A DNA stretch of 19,131 nt, taken from positions 1 to 19,131 of the forward strand of contig JAPWTZ010000011.1 in assembly GCA_028275775.1 (NCBI GenBank). Reading direction: 5' to 3'. How positions within the stretch are numbered: the stretch's first letter is position 1; each line of letters starts with the position of its first letter. A program made the translations under genes and the position numbers. Positions 1 through 6,601 of this stretch are shown in pieces. The notes below the pieces were generated by a model. The model was not told where the DNA came from. It saw only the letters and a program-made list of their open reading frames with translations, and did no database searches. This DNA is from Candidatus Nanopusillus sp. Lineage in GTDB: Archaea; Nanobdellota; Nanobdellia; Nanobdellales; Nanobdellaceae.

Positions 1-1
1 A

Positions 2-100
2 GGAAAGAAACCAGCAGTTGTAAAAGCATTAATTACAAGATATGTAAATAAAGGAATGATAAAGGAACAAGGTGGAAAATATGTTTGGGCTGGCCAATAA
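2..100 (+). CDS. 3' end of a CDS truncated by the window edge (…GKKPAVVKALITRYVNKGMIKEQGGKYVWAGQ*). Function unknown.
   Basis: Frame 2 is open from the window edge to TAA at 98-100. The other two + frames hit stops within about 50 nt. The K/E-rich composition matches the cytoplasmic proteins here. The fragment is too short to assign a family. Confidence 0.4.
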   Translation, partial: GKKPAVVKALITRYVNKGMIKEQGGKYVWAGQ

Positions 101-465
101 AATTTTTTCTTTATTTATATTTTATAACAATTTTATAATAAACAATTCAATTATATAAACTAATTTTAGATGCAATTCTAAAATGTAATTTATTGCTTAT
201 TTATTTTAGACATTTAATAAGAATATTATTAATAATCCTATGATATAAATCAATTATTATAATACCATATAATATTTCATTTACTTTTATAGTTTAGTTA
301 TATTTTTTTATTTAATTTTTCAATGATTCGTTTTTCCATAAATTTTCAGATTTAATTGTAAATTTAATAAAATAAAAATATCTAAATAAAATTTGCCTTT
401 ATTAAAACTTTATTAAATTGTTTAATATTAGTTAAATACAAAATTAAAAATTTTTCAGATATAGA

Positions 466-3400
466 TTAGCTCTCTTTGAGTTTAATTCCTGTTTTTCTTT
501 CTATAATTTCTTTAACTTTTTTTCTAAGTTTTGATTCTGATATATATTCATTTAACTTTTCTTCAATTTCTTCAGAAATAGAATTATATACCCCTTCAAA
601 ATCTTTTAATATTTTTTCCATAATTGATTCATCCCTTGGTATTTTTACTTCTTTATTTCCAGAAATAGCAGAATAATATATCCATTTTGCTTCTATTGAA
701 GATTTACATCTTATTCTTTCATTACCAAATTTTACATAATATCCAAATATGTCTCTTACAATTTCTATATTTTCTCTTTCTTCTGGTAATTGTATTATTT
801 TTTCTATCTCAATTTTTGGAGATAGATAATTATCTGGAAATTCTTTCAATTTACTTATATCTATTTCACTTATTATTTTTTCGGCGTATGATTCTTCAAT
901 AATTTTCTTTCCTTTTTTATTTTCCTTTTCTACGCTTTTAGCTCTTTCAATTCTTTCCTTTACGAGCTGAATAATAGCTTTATATACATCTAATTGTTCA
1001 TCTTCTGTTAAACCCAAAATTTCACCCATTATAATTTTATCTAACTCTCTTCTATCTGGCTTTACTTTATCTAATGAAACTCCTTCTGGAGAATTAGCAC
1101 CAAGTTCTTCAAAGATAGATCCAATTTCTCGTTTTGAAAAAATATTTATGATTTTTTTAATTCTATTTATTTGCTCTTCCTTAAAAATATTAGGATTGAT
1201 TATTAACATTTTAGCATATTCATATACTTTTACATCAAGGGCTCCTTCACCTAAATTTACTCGTCCCAAGAGTTCAACAAACAGAGGAATAAGAGATGAA
1301 TTCAATATTGCGGAAAGAATTATCTTTTTGTTATTATTGTTTTCTTTTAGTGAAATTCCATAAAGTCTGGCATCAATAAAAGATTTAACATTATTTAACC
1401 AGAAAACATGTCTGTCATTAAAGCTCATCATGGATAATAATTCCCCTTGTATTTCCTCTAGTTCATACCATCTTTTTCTTGAAGCACAAGTGGGCCTTTT
1501 ATGAAATCCTCGAAGTTCTCCCCATTCAATATACTTCAAAACTTTTGTTCCCTTTAGCTCAGATTTATCCTTATGTATTAGAAGAACTCTATATTTTAGG
1601 TTTTTAGGATCAATTAAAATTGATTTACATTCTCTAGGTGATTTTATAACATAATTTGGAATCCAATAAACATATCCATCATCTCTTAAAACATCATCTA
1701 ATTTCATTATTTTAGCATATTGGCTCTCTTTAAAATATTCCCCTCCTTTATCCTTCCATACATGTTCTGGAACCGGCACTTCTTCTTCTTTCTTTAGAGG
1801 ATGCATCCAAAACTCCCTTTCAATGCCCCACCTCTGAATATCATCTTCAGTTAAATAGAAGAATTCATTAGCACCAGTTGTAAATCCTCTTCTTACTTCA
1901 GCAATTTCTTTTAATGGAATAAGTATTCCTTTTCCTTTTCCTTTTTCCAAAATCTTAAAGAATATTTCCGGTGCTCTTATATACTTTCCCCATTTTGAAC
2001 CAACATATTCTTTCTTTTCTTCATCATAACCCTCTTTTAACAATTCCTCTTGGAGTTTTGGGTATATTCTAATCTTATCGTCTTCATATAATTCTTTAGT
2101 ATTTTCTATTTTATTAATCAGATCATCAAGAAATTTAAATCTTCCTTCTTCATCAGCTGGAATCAATTCCCTAAGTGGAACTTTTAATTTAACAAATTTA
2201 ACAAGGTTGTTATTTCTTTCTTTTTCATCATCACATTTCTCTAAAATAGTTATTACTGTATTTATATCTGCATCTGGAAAAACTCTTTCTTTTGTTTCAA
2301 TTATTGCAATTATTTTACAATGTTTTAAGAAAAATTCCTGTAAATCTTTTCCATAATCAACATCCAACCATGAATTTGTTGTAATATATCCTAATCTTCC
2401 TCCATTCTTCAAAAATCTCAGGCTATGAATGAAAAAGTATGCATATATTCCTGCCCTTTTGTTTAACTTTATATTCTCCCCCCAATCTTCTTTTAATGTT
2501 TTTTGTAATTTTTCCTTATAGTTTTCAACATATGCATCTAATTCTTCCTGTCTTGTGTAAGGTGGATTACCAACAACAGCATCTAATTCATCAGGAAGTT
2601 CAATCTCTATACTTTCTCCCCCCAAACTTTCAACCAAAAATTTATTATATCTTCTCCATTCCTTAACTTTACTAACTTTTATATCAAAAAAATCTTTACA
2701 AATTACAATAGGGTTTTCTATTGTACTTAAATCTCTAATAGCAAGATTGATTGTTGTTAAATGTGCTGCAAACTTTGATATGTCAACCCCAATTAACTGT
2801 TTTAATATTTCTTTATGGGATTTAGAAGGATCTAAATGTTTTATCCTAGCATAAGCTCTAACTAAAAATGTTCCAGCACCACAACCAAAATCAGCAACTT
2901 TTGCATTTGGGTCTCTTATACAAAAAGTATTGATTATATCAACTATATCTGGATTTGTAAAATATTGACCAAGTTTATATCTTTCTTCATCTGGAATTAA
3001 TTTATCAAATATATGTCCAATATCTTTATATCCAAGCTTAGAAAAATCATACTTAGATAAACTATTGATAAAACTTCTAAGACTTGGAACTATTGAATTT
3101 GGTATTGGCATTCTTTCCAATAGATCAAAACCAAAAATTGCTTCAAAATCTTTTGTAGTTTTTTCGGCTTTGTCAAAGTATTTTTGTAATTCTCTTTTAA
3201 GAGCTTCTCCATCTTCAATATCTTCTAATATTATTGGTTCTAAAGATGAAAAATTCTTTCTAAGGGCGTTATAGAACATTACTTTATTCATGAGCAGATA
3301 TAAAAACTGTCTAGCAACTTTTTCAAATGGTTCAATATCATCAGTAATTGGTGCACTCCACCCTTGGGACACAAACCACTCAATAAGCTTGTTTCTAAAT

Positions 3401-4023
3401 TCCGCATTCCTTCTAAATTTTTCTCTAATTTCAATAGCAATATGATAATAAACATTATCTACAAAACTTCTAAGGGAATAAATAAAGAATTCATCAATTG
3501 GGATCTTTGGTAATTCTTTTTTTCCTTCTATAAGTTCTGCAAGATCCTTCAAAAACTTTCTTAAACCTTCTTTAATTCTCTTTTGAACTTCAGGATCACG
3601 TATCTCTTTAAGGTCTCTAATTTCAACCAATTTATATATACTTACCCTTTTTTCGTCCCATGAAATAACTTCTTTATGAGTTTCCCAAAGTGCTAATTCA
3701 TTGATATTCCAAGTAGCAAAGAAAGGACTTGTTGGAGGGAGAATAGCTTTTAATTGAGCATCTTCAACTACTTCCCAATCATAAGGGTTCCAACCTTGAG
3801 TAGGATCTTTCAATTCTATATGACAAGCTGGTTTGTTTAATACTTTCCAGATAATTATATCAGGAAATTTTTTTAATTTACCATCAGGTGTTTTTTTCTC
3901 AACATCAACATCAGCTCTCTCAAAAGGTAAGTTATCTTCTTTTATGATTTCATTTATTATTTCAACCAATATTTGTCTAACAGTATTTTCTACATATTTA
4001 ACAGGTTCAGTATTTTTACCCAT
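466..4023 (-). CDS. Type IIG-like fused restriction endonuclease / N6-adenine DNA methyltransferase (single-chain R-M with a C-terminal target-recognition region)
   Basis: 1185-aa ORF. The N-terminus carries a PD-(D/E)xK-type motif, FPD55IIIW…CHIE70LK72 (nt 3808-3861). The methyltransferase has motif X-like GQYFTNPDIV, motif I VADFGCGAGTF (nt 2869-2892) and motif IV NPPY (nt 2557-2568, checked codon by codon). It continues with GIYAYFFIHSLRFLKNGGRLGYITTNSWL and a TaqI-C-like RRGFTTGANEFFYL. This order (nuclease, helical region, gamma-class MTase, TRD) is that of Eco57I/MmeI-type enzymes. Confidence 0.8.
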   Translation of the reverse strand: MGKNTEPVKYVENTVRQILVEIINEIIKEDNLPFERADVDVEKKTPDGKLKKFPDIIIWKVLNKPACHIELKDPTQGWNPYDWEVVEDAQLKAILPPTSPFFATWNINELALWETHKEVISWDEKRVSIYKLVEIRDLKEIRDPEVQKRIKEGLRKFLKDLAELIEGKKELPKIPIDEFFIYSLRSFVDNVYYHIAIEIREKFRRNAEFRNKLIEWFVSQGWSAPITDDIEPFEKVARQFLYLLMNKVMFYNALRKNFSSLEPIILEDIEDGEALKRELQKYFDKAEKTTKDFEAIFGFDLLERMPIPNSIVPSLRSFINSLSKYDFSKLGYKDIGHIFDKLIPDEERYKLGQYFTNPDIVDIINTFCIRDPNAKVADFGCGAGTFLVRAYARIKHLDPSKSHKEILKQLIGVDISKFAAHLTTINLAIRDLSTIENPIVICKDFFDIKVSKVKEWRRYNKFLVESLGGESIEIELPDELDAVVGNPPYTRQEELDAYVENYKEKLQKTLKEDWGENIKLNKRAGIYAYFFIHSLRFLKNGGRLGYITTNSWLDVDYGKDLQEFFLKHCKIIAIIETKERVFPDADINTVITILEKCDDEKERNNNLVKFVKLKVPLRELIPADEEGRFKFLDDLINKIENTKELYEDDKIRIYPKLQEELLKEGYDEEKKEYVGSKWGKYIRAPEIFFKILEKGKGKGILIPLKEIAEVRRGFTTGANEFFYLTEDDIQRWGIEREFWMHPLKKEEEVPVPEHVWKDKGGEYFKESQYAKIMKLDDVLRDDGYVYWIPNYVIKSPRECKSILIDPKNLKYRVLLIHKDKSELKGTKVLKYIEWGELRGFHKRPTCASRKRWYELEEIQGELLSMMSFNDRHVFWLNNVKSFIDARLYGISLKENNNNKKIILSAILNSSLIPLFVELLGRVNLGEGALDVKVYEYAKMLIINPNIFKEEQINRIKKIINIFSKREIGSIFEELGANSPEGVSLDKVKPDRRELDKIIMGEILGLTEDEQLDVYKAIIQLVKERIERAKSVEKENKKGKKIIEESYAEKIISEIDISKLKEFPDNYLSPKIEIEKIIQLPEERENIEIVRDIFGYYVKFGNERIRCKSSIEAKWIYYSAISGNKEVKIPRDESIMEKILKDFEGVYNSISEEIEEKLNEYISESKLRKKVKEIIERKTGIKLKES

Positions 4024-4192
4024 TATTTATTGGTTATTTTTAAAAAATTTTAAAAATTTAGAATAATGCATTTACTTTAATATTTTTTATCTTTAAAAAA
4101 CATTATTTCGATATAATTATCTCGAGTTATCATCTTAAAAGTTAAAAATCTCTTGGAAAATTTCTTAAAAACTAGAAATTAACCAAAAACAT

Positions 4193-4218
4193 GATTATAT
4201 ATAAAGATTATATATAAA
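4193..4218. repeat. Perfect tandem duplication of a 13-nt unit (gattatatataaa x2)
   Basis: Read directly: 4193-4205 is identical to 4206-4218. It lies in the spacer between the tRNA-Glu 3' end and the R-M gene start. Confidence 0.9.
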
Positions 4219-4233
4219 GTTACAAATTAAAGC

Positions 4234-4241
4234 ATAAAAAT
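4234..4241 (-). terminator. Oligo-T tract immediately after tRNA-Glu (minus strand reads …GGGGGC-A-ATTTTTATGC)
   Basis: A T5 run on the transcribed strand lies directly 3' of the discriminator base. Archaeal RNA polymerase terminates at oligo-T tracts. Confidence 0.4.
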
Positions 4242-4316
4242 TGCCCCCACCGGGATTTGAACCCGGGTCTCGGGGATGAGGACCCCGTATCCTGGACCTG
4301 ACTAGACGACGGGGGC
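4242..4316 (-). tRNA. tRNA-Glu (anticodon CUC), no encoded CCA
   Basis: Manual cloverleaf of the reverse complement: GCCCCCG-UC-GUCU-AGUCAGGUCCA-GGAU-A-CGGGG-UCCUCAU-CCCCG-AGAC-CCGGG-UUCAAAU-CCCGG-UGGGGGC-A. A14, G18G19 and A21 are present and the T-loop is UUCAAAU. The variable region is 4 nt, as is common in tRNA-Glu. The anticodon loop has C at position 33 (see findings). Confidence 0.85.
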
Positions 4317-4594
4317 TATGGATTATTTAATATATATTCAGAATTTTGAGTTATAACTATTATATTTGTTCCATTATCATAACATATAATATTCTCCTCT
4401 AAACAAATATTATAATACGTTTGATTTATAATGGAAGAATAATTTGGATATAATAATAATTTAACATAAAAATCTTCTGCAATATATTTACCAATATTTG
4501 GTTGGTAATAGAAATTGTTTTGTAAATTTGAAACAAAATATAATGTAATAAATAATATTAAGATTAAATATAATAGAATAAATTGAGATCTCAT
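4316..4594 (-). CDS. Small prepilin-like (class III signal peptide-like) secreted protein, paralog 3 of 3
   Basis: The ORF track gives 4316..4600 (MEMRSQF…). The second ATG (4592-4594) forms an ATGA overlap with the upstream stop, so I call MRSQFILLYLILILFITLYFV… as the start. The protein has a short basic N-terminus followed by a hydrophobic helix, then an N/Y-rich, charge-poor body. It shares the C-terminal motif ICYDNGTNIIVIT with its two neighbours. Confidence 0.6.
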   Translation of the reverse strand: MRSQFILLYLILILFITLYFVSNLQNNFYYQPNIGKYIAEDFYVKLLLYPNYSSIINQTYYNICLEENIICYDNGTNIIVITQNSEYILNNP

Positions 4595-4935
4595 TTCCAA
4601 TATATATCTACATAATATATTGAGCCATTAATAATATAAAATGTTTCAATTCCCTGTTCACATTCATTTAAATTCGTATTATTAAATTCAACTTGTCCAT
4701 TTATTTCAACATAATAATATGGTAAAATATTTGTAACAATTTGATATAAACTATTGTTTAGTTGTTGTGTATTATTTAGATCCATATAATTTATTGATAT
4801 TAATGATGCATATAGATCTTCCTTATTATATCCCCCAATATAAAAATTACTATAATATGTTGAAGTTAAAATAAAATATAAAACAATTATTACAACCACC
4901 AATTCAATAAATATTGATATACTAAAAGATCTCAT
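4591..4935 (-). CDS. Small prepilin-like secreted protein, paralog 2 of 3
   Basis: The N-terminus MRSFSISIFIELVVVIIVLYFIL resembles the type IV pilin (F/S)xxIEL hydrophobic helix with a Glu near its start. The C-terminal motif is FYIINGSIYYVDI. There is a 4-nt ATGA overlap with the upstream gene. Confidence 0.65.
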   Translation of the reverse strand: MRSFSISIFIELVVVIIVLYFILTSTYYSNFYIGGYNKEDLYASLISINYMDLNNTQQLNNSLYQIVTNILPYYYVEINGQVEFNNTNLNECEQGIETFYIINGSIYYVDIYWK

Positions 4936-5324
4936 TGAACAAATACACTAACTAAAAATAATGAGCCATCATAATAACAAACCCTATTAAATTCTATATA
5001 ATTTTGCATGTTTGTTATATTATCATTACTAAAAATATATTCCTGACTAATATTACTTAAATTTTTATATATTATTTCATATGGAAAACTTGCTAAATTA
5101 TCCATTATATTTGGATTAAAATTATTTGATGTTAAATTACAAATATTGTTTGTATATTGTTCTGTAATTTCTTTAATTAAAATCCTTCCATGCATAAATT
5201 GATTATATATAATTTGATATTTTTCATTAATATTATAAATATAAGAAACTTTCTCCATTAATAATAATGTAATAAAAAATATTACTAGAACAATTACAAA
5301 CAATTCAAAAAACCTATCTAGCAT
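4932..5324 (-). CDS. Small prepilin-like secreted protein, paralog 1 of 3
   Basis: The N-terminus is MLDRFFELFVIVLVIFFITLLL (basic residue, Glu, long hydrophobic helix). The C-terminal motif is VCYYDGSLFLVSV. It is the first gene of a translationally coupled triplet. Confidence 0.6.
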   Translation of the reverse strand: MLDRFFELFVIVLVIFFITLLLMEKVSYIYNINEKYQIIYNQFMHGRILIKEITEQYTNNICNLTSNNFNPNIMDNLASFPYEIIYKNLSNISQEYIFSNDNITNMQNYIEFNRVCYYDGSLFLVSVFVQ

Positions 5325-5366
5325 ATATTATATATTTTATAAACATTTTTATATATAGATGTCTAA
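5325..5366. promoter_or_regulatory. 42-bp bidirectional promoter region with two TATA-like boxes
   Basis: TTTTATAAA (5335-5343) is centred about 28 nt upstream of ATG 5367. TATATATAAAAA on the minus strand (5346-5357) is centred about 27-28 nt upstream of the minus-strand ATG at 5324. This spacing fits leaderless transcripts in both directions. The AT-rich background weakens the call. Confidence 0.4.
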
Positions 5367-5942
5367 ATGGATTCAAAACTTGTATCATTATTAAAAGAGA
5401 ATAAGAAAATTGTTACTGTATCATCTAATAATTTACCTATATCAAGGAAAGATTCTGAAATGGTTGGTAGATTTATTAAATATTTAACAATACCATATGC
5501 AAAGAAATATTTACAAATGGTTATTGAAAAGAAGATTGCAGTCCCATATTATAAATATCATAAAAAGCAAGCACACCATAAAAATGTAATGGGAAAGGTC
5601 CCATACGGAAGATATCCGGTTAAAGTTTCGAAATATTTTATTAAATTATTAAATTCTTTAGAAAATAATGCAAAAAATATAGGATTGGATCCTAATAAAG
5701 TTGTAATTATTTCTGTTAATGTTTCTAAGGGGAATAAGTTTCCTGGAAGATTAAGGGTTGTAAAAATAAAAACAGGTCCTGGTGGAGTAAAAAGAACATT
5801 AATTGTTGCTCATAAGAAAACATCACACATTAAAATATACGGGCTATATTTAGAATCATTAGATACATCTAAAAAATTGAAAAGAAAAAGCTTAAAACAA
5901 ATTGTTAAACAAATATTAGAAGAATGGCGTCAAAAAATATAG
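5367..5942 (+). CDS. rpl22: 50S ribosomal protein uL22 (L22p/L17e) with a Lys-rich C-terminal extension
   Basis: ISRKDSEMVGRFIKYLTIPYAKKYLQMVIEKKIAVPY…HKKQAHH…GRYPVKVSKYFIKLLNSLENNA matches the uL22 core. It lies directly upstream of uS3, as in the conserved archaeal order. Confidence 0.85.
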   Translation: MDSKLVSLLKENKKIVTVSSNNLPISRKDSEMVGRFIKYLTIPYAKKYLQMVIEKKIAVPYYKYHKKQAHHKNVMGKVPYGRYPVKVSKYFIKLLNSLENNAKNIGLDPNKVVIISVNVSKGNKFPGRLRVVKIKTGPGGVKRTLIVAHKKTSHIKIYGLYLESLDTSKKLKRKSLKQIVKQILEEWRQKI

Positions 5943-6601
5943 AAGAACTTTTAAAAGAACAAAAAATACAAGCAATTTTAGATAAAACTTTAAAAGAAAG
6001 ATTTAAAGGTAAATTAATTAGTAGAGTTGAATATTTTAAGGTATCAATGGGTACAAAAGTTATTATATATTGCGCAAGACCAAGATTGGTTTTAGGAAGA
6101 GCAAATGAAAATTTAGATGAAATTAAAAGAATTGTAGAAAATATTGCAAATGTTAAAGATCCAAGTATTGAAGTTGTTGGCGTAGAAAATCCATTATTAG
6201 ATTCTGAAATTGTTGCAGATTTAATTGCATCTCAAATAGAAAGATATGGAAATAGAGCAATAAGAAGAATTATGCAAAGGGTAATGGAACAAGTAATGCA
6301 AGCTGGAGCTTTAGGTATTGAAGTAAGAGTTACTGGAAAAATAATTGGAGATAGAACATCTACAATAAGAGAACAAAAGGGATATATTAAAAAATCTGGA
6401 GAATTAAATAAAATAATTGGAAAAAGTATAAGACATGCAAAATTACCTTCTGGAGTAATTGGAGTACAAGTTAGAATATTAAGGCCAACAGATAAATTAC
6501 CTGATAGAATAAAAATAAAAGATATATCTGAAATAAAACCTGAAGAATTAGAAAAAATAGACCCTTCTTTATTAGAAAAATTAGCTAAACCGGGTCAATA
6601 A
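5924..6601 (+). CDS. rps3: 30S ribosomal protein uS3
   Basis: It has a KH-domain N-terminus (KVIIYCARPRLVLGRANENLDEIK) and the uS3 C-domain (ADLIASQIERYGNRAIRRIMQRVMEQVMQAGALGIEVRVTGKI). It overlaps the uL22 stop by 19 nt. Confidence 0.9.
   Translation: MASKNIEELLKEQKIQAILDKTLKERFKGKLISRVEYFKVSMGTKVIIYCARPRLVLGRANENLDEIKRIVENIANVKDPSIEVVGVENPLLDSEIVADLIASQIERYGNRAIRRIMQRVMEQVMQAGALGIEVRVTGKIIGDRTSTIREQKGYIKKSGELNKIIGKSIRHAKLPSGVIGVQVRILRPTDKLPDRIKIKDISEIKPEELEKIDPSLLEKLAKPGQ

Noticed and set aside
101-465. The 365-nt non-coding AT-rich spacer considered as a replication origin, ncRNA or decayed CRISPR leader
   Set aside because: I find no repeated ORB-like boxes, G-strings, spaced direct repeats or stable GC-containing stems. 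The only recurrence is a 9-mer (ttttcagat at 343-351 and 451-459), which is unconvincing at this composition. I kept it only as context for the R-M islet idea.
466-4023. The large methyltransferase considered as a BREX PglX component
   Set aside because: No other BREX genes (pglZ, brxC, brxL and so on) are adjacent. The N-terminus carries a PD-ExK-type motif, which favours a stand-alone Type IIG enzyme. A homology search is needed to be certain.
476-4066. Six + strand ORFs of 66-77 aa from the track, lying inside and antisense to the R-M gene (476-676, 687-902, 1148-1363, 2439-2666, 3065-3274, 3833-4066)
   Set aside because: They are Leu/Phe/Ile/Ser-rich low-complexity translations, as expected from reading the antisense of a Lys/Glu-rich AT-rich gene. 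They have no recognisable motifs and are fully overlapped by a 1185-aa ORF with clear enzyme motifs.
4276-4282. Alternative reading of the minus-strand tRNA as tRNA-Arg(CCU) to rescue U33
   Set aside because: Shifting the loop by one base destroys the 5-bp CGGGG/CCCCG anticodon stem and puts a pyrimidine at position 37. The 4-nt variable region and overall shape also fit Glu.
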